Below, one piece after another: positions 1 to 64,000 of a stretch of 64,000 nucleotides of DNA. The position numbers were made by a program, and so were the translations under genes. The stretch lies in assembly GCF_009914755.1 (NCBI RefSeq), contig NC_060926.1; one strand, given 5' to 3'. Origin of the DNA: the human T2T-CHM13v2.0 reference genome, Homo sapiens. The notes beneath the pieces are model-generated. The model saw only the letters and a list, made by a program, of their open reading frames with translations. It was not told the DNA's origin and made no database searches. Positions within the stretch are counted from its first letter, which is position 1, and each line of letters begins with the position of its first letter.

Positions 1-59
1 TTTCCAGACATTGCCTAATGTTCCCTAAAGGTAAAATCACCCCCAGTTGAGGACCACTG
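1..59. mobile_element. MER20-like hAT MITE end
   Basis: ccagacattgcc...cccccagttgaggaccactg resembles the MER20 terminus. Confidence 0.65.
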
Positions 60-850
60 GGGATTGTCCCTTCCAACTCTAAAATGTTATGCAATCCTTT
101 GAGCAATACACATAGTTTTCTCAGAGCTTAGGTAAACGAAGTATGAAGAGCCAACAATGGCCAGGCAGACAGCTCAGGTCATGTGTGTGGCTACTCAATT
201 GCTATCTCAAGAAAAGAGGAGCATTTGATGGAGCAATAGAGGAAACTGATAATGCTTTGACCAGGGATGTTATCTACTGTGAGAATGGGGCAAGTGGCTA
301 TGGAAAATGATTGAGGCTCCGGAGAAATTGAACGTATTGTCAAGATCAACCAAGCACACACACTTTACCTCACTACACTGGGTCTCAGCTCCCAATAGAT
401 TGGGAATTCCCAGCCACATATTACATTATAGCAGAGTGAGGATTCCCAGCCATACAATACCCAGAGAGTAGGGAGGGAAGAATGTGATTTGTTAGTAAGT
501 TATGCAAGTAGAAAATGGTATATATCCTGTCATAGGGTGGTTCCCAAGAAGCAAAGCCTTAAAAGATGGTATAAACTCCCAGATGAGGGGACTTCTGTTT
601 TAGCTGAGGGCAATTCTCAAGATAATAGGCAGATGTGTACTGTCAGCTGCCAACATTTAGAGGAACTAGTAACTCCCAGCCAAGGAAAAGGATTTGCAAT
701 AGTGTCTACTACAAGTGTATAGCATAAACATGTTTGGACACTAAATTTACAAAATTGTTGTACATAGGCTTGGAGAATCTTGGAACAGCAAGGGATTGAC
801 ATTTATTGAGCACCTAACAACAGGTGTCAGATGCTGTGCTGAGTGTCTTT

Positions 851-1070
851 GTTTTCTTTTATTTTCTTTCTTCCTTTTGAGACAGTCGCTCTCTGTTACC
901 CAGGCTGAAGTGCAGTGGTCTGATTTGAGGTGCACTGCAGCCTCAAACACCTGGGCTCAAGAAATCCTCCCGCCTCAGCATCCCAAGTAGCTAGGACTAC
1001 AGGTGCACACCACCGAACACGGCTAATTAAAAATTTTTTTAGAGACGAGGTCTCACTATGTTGCCCAGGC
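851..1070 (-). mobile_element. 5'-truncated AluJ-type, inserted in a MIR-like element
   Basis: Poly-T plus Alu arm; imperfect TSD tgtgctg(a/g)gtg(t/c)cttt. Confidence 0.85.
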
Positions 1071-2137
1071 TGTGCTGGGTGCCTTTCATTGACTATGTCA
1101 TTTAACTTCACCACACTGACAACAGGTCTTATTCTCCTCCACTTACAAATGAGGAAACTGAGGCTCAGAGGGTGAGTAATGTTCCCAAGAGAAGAGAACT
1201 TATGAAAATACTGGAGCTGAGTAGAGCGTTTGCTGGCAGCCCTTGCTCTTTACACTTGAGCCCCTAGCTTAGCCCAGCATCTGGCCTTTTAAAAGGAACA
1301 CATGGCATATATAGTTGAGGAAGGAGAAAACCTGATTTTGGGACTTAGGAACATGCATACCGAGTGCCTTGCAAGCCAATCTCCTCATCAGCTGAAGGCC
1401 ACAAATTACCAACAACTTTACTACAGCCACATCTCCCAGAGGCACAGCACTCCTGGCCCCCAGCAGTGGGGATGGAGAATGGGGGGTGTTTCCAGATTAA
1501 AGTAGTGCATAGGAGAGCCCAGAGCTCCACACTACTACAGAACCACCACGGGACCATTGTCACCAATCCACAAAGGCCTATAAAGTACACAGGGTCCTGG
1601 CAGGAAGCCCTTGGCCCACTCCAAGAAGACAAAGAATACTTTCACTTGATAAGACTGATGGCTCTCAGGAGGATGGAGAAAGGGTCCAAGACCCCATACA
1701 TTCTGCCATACATTCTGTACCCTGGGAAAGGCTTATCATTAAGCAACAATCAGGACTCCCTGGGGTGTGGAGGAAATGACCTTTGGGCCATTATCAACAA
1801 TGCCTCCCAACCCCCTCGCCTTCTGGAGCTGCCTCCCACTCTGAAGTGACTGTTCTGGGTTTGGAAAGAGAAGCAGGGAGTCTGATTCCTAAGGCAGGTG
1901 CTTTTCTACTGACAATGAGCCAGGCATGTCCTTTCCCCTGGATTCTGAGACCAAGATGGAGGGATGGAAGAGAGTGAACAGGTAGAGAGATGGTTGTGAT
2001 GGGTGTGTGAGTGTGTGTGTGTTCTCTCCAGGGCTAGAAGCCAACTGAAGTGTGTAATGCAAAAAATTAAGAGCCAGCACCACCCCATTGAAAGAGCTCA
2101 AGCTTTGGCATCTGGAGTCTTAGGTTAAAGTCATTGC

Positions 2138-2576
2138 TGTCAGAAAGAAAATCCAAATGGAGATGGTTATGTCAGAAGTATCAAAAAAGCCAGGAAGGCA
2201 TGAGGAGTTGGACCCCAGTCACGTACACACCCAGATGGAATCTGATCTATTAAACTGGGCCAAATTGTAAAACCAGCTGCATTTGATCTCAGCTGTTTCT
2301 ATTGGACCTGATCATTAACCTCCTGGAGAAACAGCTATGCCAAACTGGATTGATCATCAGACACATCCTAAGCTGTGACCAGCCATCATCAATTAAAGAC
2401 TCTGCTAGAACCTTCCAGATAGGTAAACTTACAGTAAACCTTTATAAGCCCCTACCCAACCTCACCTGGATGGGACACAATTTAGCTGCTTGCTCATTAC
2501 AATTCCCAAGACCCCAGTTAAAACATCTTCTCTTTTGTTTGCGGCTGTGCAGTGTTGGTTTTCTTATTAGTTAACA
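2138..2576 (+). mobile_element. Possible solo ERV LTR (family not identified)
   Basis: TG...CA ends, internal TATAAG, LTR-like length; no clear TSD. Confidence 0.35.
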
Positions 2577-5500
2577 CTCCTCAGGTGTACTCTCGCTGTA
2601 TAAGAGTAGAAGCTTCCTTGCCAGGCACTAGGTTTTGTGCTTTCCCTGCATTTTTGGATGCCATCCTCTCCACAACCCCATGAAAGTACCACCATGATCT
2701 CATTCACAGACAAGGAAGTAGAAATGTAAAGATTTCAGCAATTTGCCCGAGATCACACAGCAGCTAAGTGGGAGACAAAGACTGAAACACATCAGTTGAT
2801 TTCACAGGTAGTGCTCTTGTCTGCACCATCATCTTCTCCCCGAGCCTCAGTTTCTTTGTTTGTAAAGTGGGTATGATTGTAATACACACCTCATAGGTTT
2901 ATCGCAAGAGTTACAGAAAGCATTGCAACGGGGAGTGCCTTTCAAATTGCTATACAAATGCCAGTTGTTGTCATTGTCAGACAAAACTAAACAGCAAGAA
3001 TAACAGAAGAGAGTGACTTCTGCACTTCTGATAAAGGCTTGTGAAGATAGCCAGGTGAGGCTGACGAGCTCTTCATTCCATCTCACCTGTGCCACTTAGT
3101 CAGCTATAGGGAGCTGAGAGCCGGCCCTCCTACCCAGCCCAACGTGCTGGGAAAATCACATTCACGTGAGAAGCTGAGACATGCTAATCAATCATTTGTG
3201 CCAAAAGGAGCAGGTGAGCTTCTCTTACCTGGCCTAAGATCACAGCTAATCCATGTACCCATCACCCTACACCTCATTATGGTCGAGATGCATTCCTGCA
3301 TCTTCCCTTCCATCCAAGTTTTGGAAAGCTTACTCATGATTTCCCGGTGCTCTTCCCCTTTTAAGGCATGGTCAAAGGCCTGCAAATGACAACAACTCTG
3401 TACTCCAAAAAGTGCTTTTAACCCCACTGATTCTTTCAATCTTCACAACAGCCCAGTGAGGTGGATATGATTATCCACACCTATTTTACAGATGAACAGA
3501 TTGAGGTCAGAGGAGCTAAGCAACCTGCCCAAGAGGGAAGAGGGAAGCAGAGGAGAAGCAGAGGAGCTTGAGCACTCCACACGTGCTTTTATGCTCAGCT
3601 CCTAACACCCAAGAGTGGGCAGAGGCATGCTGTGTGTCACCACCCTGGGGCGGGTGCTCAGTCTAGCCTCGGTGGGAAGCAAGGAAAGGTAGTGAGTGCC
3701 CCACAAGAACGTCAGCCACCACGAGGACCCCTGGGAATACTCCATCTAGTGAGAGGAAGAACAGAGAGCACATGCATGGACCAGAACGACTTTGTTGTCA
3801 GCCCACAGATAAGGGCAATTGGCTGAACAGGGGATCAAATCTGCCAGGATGTGATGGAGACGGAAAGATAGGAGGAGGGGAGCAAATGACATGCCACTCA
3901 GACTCTATGCTCCCAGGGCTGATGCACGGGCTCATCAGTGCAATGTTTGCAGCCTGTGTATCCATTCCTAAGCTCCCTCCCACTAACACTCAGGGCTCAA
4001 AGAAAAGGGTCTCACTCTTGGGCTCACCTTCTTCCCTACTGAAAGGTGTGGGGAGAGGGGGAAATTTAAACTGGAACAAAGGATCCAGGGCAAGGATGTG
4101 TGGGCACTCCTCATGGGCCACACTGGAACAAGCCAGCCCGAGGCTATTTTGATCCTGGGGCATCAGATGGTCCCGTTGTTTGTTGGGGTTCCATGACACC
4201 CTTCAGGAAGTCCTCCTGGGTGGTGGATCCCTCCAGTGTGGCCACACTGGTATCCTTGCCCTGTGGCTCTCATCCCCTTCCTCTCACTACCTTAATGCCT
4301 CAGTCTAATCCAACCACAGCTTCCCAAGCAGATCTCATTTACCACGAGACCCCCCTTTTCTCACACACACATGCACACACACACTCTCTCCTGTTTGGCA
4401 GGGAGAATGCATGGTTTGCTACCTCCAAAGGAAACCTCTCTTCCCAATCTCTCAAATTCTGTACTTCAATCTTTTAAACTCTTGAGGTAGATGAGGAGTT
4501 AATGGTGGCAAAATTAGTTTCCAGCCATCTCTCCGCAAGTCCTGCACAGATGATTTAGATTCAGCATCTCTCTTTGAAATGAGGGGATGTTTTTGCACTC
4601 ATTGTTTTGTTTCCCATCTGTGGGGCTGCGGAAAGAATCCCATTTTAGCATCCTGTGACAGGAGCACAGGCAGATAGGCATATATAGGCATACAGGCATA
4701 TTACCCTCCTCACCAGTGTTTATCTTGGGCCTCAAGCTTGCTCTGTCTTCTTCCCATTCAGTGTAACTAGATTTCTGTCATATACCCCAGCTCCCTGACC
4801 CACAGGTTTCCTAATAGAAGGCTCAGTTGACTAGTGGTGTATGGTTAAGTTTTAAAAAGCCTGGACCAGGAACCAGGCAGCCTTGCTGTCAGTCTGACTG
4901 TGCTACTAAAGGGCCGTAGGACCCTGAGCGAGTCAGTTTCTCTCTGTGGGCTTATGTTTCTCCTCTCTAAAATAGAGAGATTGAACTTGATGGTCTTTCC
5001 AGTTCTGGGATGCTGAGGTGGCCTGGGGGGTTGTGCAAGCCAGAGCAGGACAGTTCAAGGACAGAGATGACGCCAGAATCCCTTTGGGCAGTGCCTGACA
5101 TTTCCACTTCCATCAATAGGTTGATTTGTTTCAGGTGACAAGATTGTCACAGGATCTGTCTCCTGCCTTAGGAACACGTACTCCCCCAGTTCAGGATAGA
5201 AACAAAACAAAAGGGCAGGCTCCTGGGCCTGGGGGGCACCAGGGTGACCTCATGTTTAAGGAAGCTGTATGTCAGGAATCATCTTGTCCCACGATCCAAA
5301 ATAGGCAGCAAATGGACAGGTTTCCAGGCTCCCCCTCCGCAAAAGATAAAAATACCATGGGTTCGGGGATGTTCTCAGTCATAAATCAATCAGCTAAGAC
5401 TATTTCTGTCCTTATCCCTTGCCCAGAGTTCCTCCTACAACCTCTGTCCTGCCCTCCTGTCCCAGCCTCCCAGCCACCTAGCTCTGGAGTAAGGGGAGTC

Positions 5501-6132
5501 TCATCAGCTGCCCTGATGACAACTCAGTACCCTGGCCGTGCCAGCAAGAGAATCCTCAGCCTGCCTATAAATGAAACGGTGGGCATCCTGGTGCCTCCAT
5601 CCACCTCCGTGAGCCTGGCTAGCAACTGTCCACTCTGACAGGCAGGTGACTCCCAATACACACCAGGTTTCCTGGCCTGTAAGGGAGCTGCCCGCTGGTT
5701 GTGGTGGGCACTTAGGAGTAAATGTCTCTGAGTAAGCCCTCAGCATGGTCAGGGGTAGGGCTTCTCCTTCATGTGGTTATAGGGGTTAAAGGACCTACCT
5801 CGTAAAACCACTGGGAGGATTAAATGAGACCCTGTAGGTAAAGCATTCACCTTGTCACCTGGCAAGTTGCAGATACTCTGAAAATAAGAATTGCCTTCCC
5901 CTTGCTAGCCATTCATCTGGAGCTCAGACTCCCACGGCTGACCCATGTCTTTGGAGAGCTCCTTTGAGACTTTTGTCATTCTAAAACCCTAAGTCAGCTT
6001 TGAATTCAGCTCTTGGGGAAGCCTCCGAGGACATCTGGTCTATGCAGAGATCCTACCTAAATCAGTACCTAATGGTTAACAAATGCGATGCTGCTGGGCC
6101 ACCTGGACAATATTGCCCCTTGTTCAATCTTC

Positions 6133-6149
6133 TACTGCCCTCTGCAGGT
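6133..6149 (-). promoter_or_regulatory. Candidate CTCF motif
   Basis: Minus strand ACCTGCAGAGGGCAGTA is close to CCASYAGRKGGCRS; ~0.55 kb past the gene end. Confidence 0.45.
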
Positions 6150-6712
6150 TCCAGGCGATACCGCAGGCAGTGTTGACTGCATTCCTTGTGCAACACCAAA
6201 AAAGACCAAGACATCTCACTGTATAGACTGGAAGCACTTTAAGACAACAGGGCAAGGCAAGGTGTCTCAGACGGACGATGCCTCTGAATAGCACAGTGAT
6301 TTCTAGTTCACAAAGCACTTTCTTGTTGGATTTTCATGACCACTCTACTCTCACCTTGGTACCTAAGCACACAAGGGAATTCTGTGTCACTGCTTCACCC
6401 CAAGAGCTTCACTAAAAACAAGTGACAGGTCTCAGGCCCTGTCCCAGAACATCCCAGAAAATCATCTGAAATGGACCTGGATCTCAGTGTAAACACTCGT
6501 TTAGTTTTTAAAGCTCTTCTACCTTGACCATGCTGTACAACAGCCAGCATATCTAGGATACTCTGGAGAGGGATTTTTGTAAGAAAGTGTGTGTGTGTGG
6601 GTGTGTGTGTGTTTTCAAGAAATGAAGGCTGGCCAAGATACTGAAGATACTAGCATTTGGTGTGATGATAATTAATAAGCATTTTTCACACGCCAACCAG
6701 CTGACAGTTTCA

Positions 6713-6718
6713 TTTATT
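6713..6718 (-). terminator. Distal polyadenylation signal AATAAA
   Basis: tttatt on +; position fits the recalled ~5.7 kb XDH mRNA. Confidence 0.7.
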
Positions 6719-7240
6719 AGTGACATCAAGCACCAGTCCAACTATATCATTTCCACTATCCTCCCTCCATGGCCAGAAACACAGATTCTCTCTGGCAGAA
6801 GGTTGGATTTATACAGTGAAGGCATGTGACAGTGACACATTGTCCACCCAGCACCACGTAGGGATTAAATCACCATTTGGAGCAATAAAAGGGATGTTTG
6901 TTCTTCCCTTGTTCTCTTTACCAACCGCAGAAACTTGAGGTGATCTCAGCAGAGTTCATTAGACCCAGGTATCATATGACAGTAAGAAAACCAAGCCTTA
7001 GATAGCTGCAGATCCTTTATGTAACTGGAGTTTTCAGGTCATATATTTATAGGCTTTTAAAGCAGAAGACGTGAGACAACCCTTTACTGCAACCCTTATG
7101 TTTGCAGTAAAATGGATCACAGGAAGGGGAATTGACAGTCCAAGATCACAAAGATAGAGACAGAAGAGACAGAGCTAGGATGAGAACCCAGGCTTCTTGG
7201 CTCTTCTACCTCTGGTTGGGCTTGATTTTGATAGCAGCAT

Positions 7241-7589
<349 letters not shown>

Positions 7590-7790
7590 TAAAGATTAAA
7601 CATAATCTTTTTTGTAAATACTCAAAGAGTATTTGGAATACAAATATTCTCTTCAAAGAGGAAGGGAAAGAAATCTAGAACATTGTACGTGCTCAATAAT
7701 TGAGTTGGTTGGATTTTTGTATTATAGAGTAATCTTGCTTTATGCAGCTTCACAAAATCAGATCCAATTAACCTTGAATTTGTTTCATTC

Positions 7791-7796
7791 TTTATT
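7791..7796 (-). terminator. Candidate proximal polyadenylation signal AATAAA
   Basis: tttatt on +, ~540 nt after the stop and upstream of the UTR Alu. Confidence 0.4.
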
Positions 7797-8333
7797 CTTT
7801 CCAATGATTCAAAGATGGTTAGAGGATTTAACCTTACCCCACTGCCTCATTGCAAAATTTGAGTATAGATTCAAGGTTATGCTTTGCTGTTCATTGGTTT
7901 GAAGGCCAGGCTTTCACAGGAAGGCACACGATTTAAAGTAACTTCGGTTTAAGCTTCTAGAGGTTTGTGGGAATCCTCTTCAAAGGACAGACACCATCAG
8001 AACTTGAGGTTATACAGGCTGTCCAGTAAGTGGGGAATAGCACAAACCCTTCCCGACCCTATTCCAGATACATGATTAAAACAGACAGAAAATGATCCTA
8101 ATTGCATATTCACCATTTAGGCATAACAGTTTTGAATTTGCTTATCATTGTGTTTACAAATTACATTTTTGATCAAAATCTTCCATTGCATTCACTTGTC
8201 TTCCAAATCCCATCTTGACAAATCACAGGTCTGTCATTCTGTGACTTTAATAGATCCATGTTCTGTGGTATGTTCCTCCTGCTCCATGGAAGCCCAAAGG
8301 CAGCACAAGAAGACTCTGCTGAGGACTCTCTCT

Positions 8334-60986
<52,653 letters not shown>

Positions 60987-62544
60987 CTAGAGAGATGATG
61001 AACATCTGCACAAGGGTATTTACAAAGAGTATTTGCAGAAGCTAAGGAATCTAGATTACTAATATCCAGAACACTCCAGCTCTGACGCCTGTCCCAGCAT
61101 CAACAGCAGGGGCATCCTGCCTGCCTGTTGCCCAGAGTGGAGGCCTCCGCTACATTCCCTCTTGCTTGGCTAACGTAGATTAAACAACTCATGGATAAAC
61201 AAATAGGAGCAACAAGGCCACTGAATTTCAGGAACTTTTCTCCATAAAAGCTAGGTCCTACTTTATCAAAACCTATCCCTTATGCCCATTTCTCTTCTTC
61301 AGTGCTGCTTCCTCAGGAAGCGTCTATGAGGGATATTCCCATTGGCTCTCTCAAGACTCAAGAGGCTTGACTTCCAGATCAGCAAGGTTCTAGGGGCGTG
61401 GCTGGTGTCTCCCAGGCTGGGCTCTCTGCAGGACCCTGCCAAAGGATGTCCAAGACGGGTGCTGAGCCCAGCACTGTGTCCAGCCAGTGTGCCCAATGGC
61501 CTCCCTACTGCTTATTAGGCACTTCTTCCCAGAAAGGTAAACACCCTTCACTCCTCACTGTGGGCCTGTTCTGGAGAAGTATGCAGGTCAGACCACCCAG
61601 CATCTCTGGGAAAAGACTTGCTCAGGACCTCTTAGGATACCAGTGGCAGAGCACACACAGAGTCTAGAATCACTACCACCCAGCACCGAGGCACTGCAGG
61701 GTGGCAGAGGGGCGCACTCAGCTGACTGATCTGCAGCTCAGGGCTTCAGAAGACAGAGTCCTGGAGTTGTGCTGAGATGAAAAAGTAGGGGAAACTCATA
61801 GGTTCTGCCTCAGGCACTTTTATCGGGTAGTCAATTCCTGAAAAAGCAGGCTGGGAGCAGTCCTTCTGCAAGTCAGCCACAGGAGACACCATGCCATGCT
61901 GGCATTTTCCAGAGTCTGTTTCACAACTCGTTGTCTTCTGCAAGAAAGCACTCATGGGATGCTGGAGGTGTGACCTTGGAGAAGTTGTAAGCAGGCAGGC
62001 AGTGGCATCAGGAGAGAAACACCCCACCCACCCCACCACCTGGACACGCTGCTCCGTGTGCAGACTCTTCCTGCATTCACAGCTCCAGCACTGGACACCA
62101 GACCTGCTCCGTCCATTCTGAGCCTCCCCCCAGCCAGCCACCTTGCACTTCCCCTCTATATTTAGAAAGAAAGAAAGGAAGAAAGAGAGGTTTCTTAGTG
62201 CCTTTTCTCACCTTTCTTCTTGGAGAAGGAGTGATGTAGGGAAATGCCCTGGCCTACCTGAAGTGAAAGTCCTGCATCCCACTCACCTGGCCCTCTGAGG
62301 AAGGACATATTTCACAGAAGCGCCTTTTCCAGACAAAGTGCCAGTGCATTATTACTTAGATCTATTTTCTTGATAATTCATTGGTGTGTTAATGACATAA
62401 ATTACTGTGATGTACAGTAATGCATCACTGCCCTCAAGGTCTATTGAGGTTGGATAAGACTACATTTTCTCATCCCCACCCTCCTGAGATTCCTACTTTA
62501 CTAAATAGGCTAAGGCTTCTGCACTGGTGCCTTTAAAAAAAAAG

Positions 62545-64000
62545 GTTTTTTTTTTAGAGTGGTTTAAGGTTCACAGAAAAAACTGAGTGGAAGATGTAGA
62601 GAATTCCCAAATACCCCTATCCCAACATACACGCACAACCTTTCTCACTTCAGTATCCTCAAAAGTGGCATATTTGTTACAACTGATGGACCCACATTGA
62701 CACATCATTATCACCCAAAGTCCATTAATTTACATGAAGGTTCACTCTTGGTGTTGTACATTCCATTGGTTTTGACAAATGCATGATTACAGGTGTTGAC
62801 CCTTATGATATCTTACAGAAAGAGTTATACTGCCCTAAAAAACCTCTGTACCCTGACTATTCATCCCTCTGTTTCCCCTAATCACTGGCAACCACTAGTC
62901 TTTTTACTGCCTCCATGGTTTTGTCTTTTCTAGAATTTCATAGAATAGATATCATACAATATGTAGCTTCTAAAGATTGATTTCTTTCACTTAGTAGTAG
63001 CAATTAAGGTTTGTCTATGTCTTTTCATAGCTTGATAGCTCCTTTCATTTTGGCACTGAATTAACATTCCATTGTTTGGATGTTCTACAGTTTATTCACC
63101 TACTGAAGGACATCTTGGTTGCATCTAAGTTTTGGCAATTATGAGTAAGGTTGTTGTAAGCATGCCTGTGCAGGTTTTCATGTGGCAATAAGTTTTAAAT
63201 TCCTTTGAGTCAGTTCCAAGGTGTGTGATCACTGAGGTGCATGATAAGACATGTTCAGTTTTGTAAGAAACTGCCAAATTGTCTTCCACAGTGGTTGTGC
63301 AGTTTGCATTCTCACCAGCAATGAATGAGAGTTCCTGTTGCCCCACATCCTCACCAGAATCTGATGTTGTCAGTGTTTTGGATTTGACCATTCTAATAGA
63401 CCTGTGGTGGTATTTCACTGTTCTTTCAATTTGCAATTCCCTAATGGCATATGATGTCGAACTTATATGCTTACTGGCCATCCATATACCTTCTTTGGTG
63501 AGGTAGCTGTGCAGGTCTTTTACCCATTTTTTAATTTAGTTGTTCATTGTCTTATTGCTGAGTTTTATAAGTTCTTTGTATATTTGGATAAGTACTTTAC
63601 AAGATGTGTCTTTTGCAAATATTTTTCTCCCAGTGTACCGCTTGTCTCCTCATTCATCGTTATTAAATTTTAATGAAGTCCAGCTTATAATTATTTCTTT
63701 TATGGATCATGCCTTTGGTGTTGCATCTAAAAAGTCATCATCATTCCAAGGTCATCTAGGTTTTCTCCTATGTCATCTTCTAGGAGTTTTATTGCTTTAC
63801 ACTTAGGTTTATGATTCATTTTGAGTTAATTTTGAGAAGTGTATAAGGTCTGTGTTTAGATTCATTTTTTTTTGTATGTGAATGTCCAACTGTTGCAGCA
63901 CCATTTGTTAAAAAGACAATCTTTGCTCCATCGTATCGCCTTTTCTTCTTTGTGAAACATCAGTTGACTGTATTTATGTTGGTCTATTTCTGGGCTCTCT
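62545..64000 (-). mobile_element. L1MC-type 3' portion, intron 6 (runs off window)
   Basis: aggttcacagaaaaaactgagtggaagatgtagagaattccc...catcattatcacccaaagtcc; reverse ORF2 C-terminus (ORF 63125-63481). Confidence 0.85.

Noticed and set aside
5126-5638. 170-aa + strand ORF (also 161 aa at 1364-1849)
   Set aside because: Non-ATG starts, no recognisable domain or splice structure. Length is unremarkable for this GC content.
61700-61720. GGCAGAGGGGCGCAC as a CTCF site
   Set aside because: Core spacing is off by one and the 5' CC is missing.

Overview
Human (or very close primate) genomic DNA carrying the 3' ~55 kb of the xanthine dehydrogenase/oxidase gene XDH on the minus strand. I mapped 30 coding exons (7-36 in the standard 36-exon numbering, codons 166-1333 plus TAA). 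Every exon is bounded by GT-AG sites and they join in frame. A ~1.6 kb 3'UTR ends near 6.7 kb; exons 1-6 lie beyond the right edge. The haplotype appears non-reference: codon 172 is Arg rather than the Gly I recall, and intron 35 holds a consensus-identical AluYa5. The richest region is the 13.9 kb intron 24. It contains an old L1 that was itself hit by an MLT1 LTR, an L1MA 3' end, a twin-primed L1PA and Alus. The L1 also holds a ~3.5 kb TSD-flanked retrocopy of an unidentified, apparently non-coding cellular RNA, co-oriented with XDH and carrying its own AATAAA. That retrocopy contains a MER44A MITE with a triplicated right end, and the MITE contains an Alu. Other oddities are a 58-bp perfect AT-rich palindrome, a ~950-bp triplet tract beside the exon 14 donor, and an unidentified coding-like relic in intron 18. 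No prokaryotic-type systems are present. Exon numbering, residue numbering and repeat-family names come from recall and were not searched.
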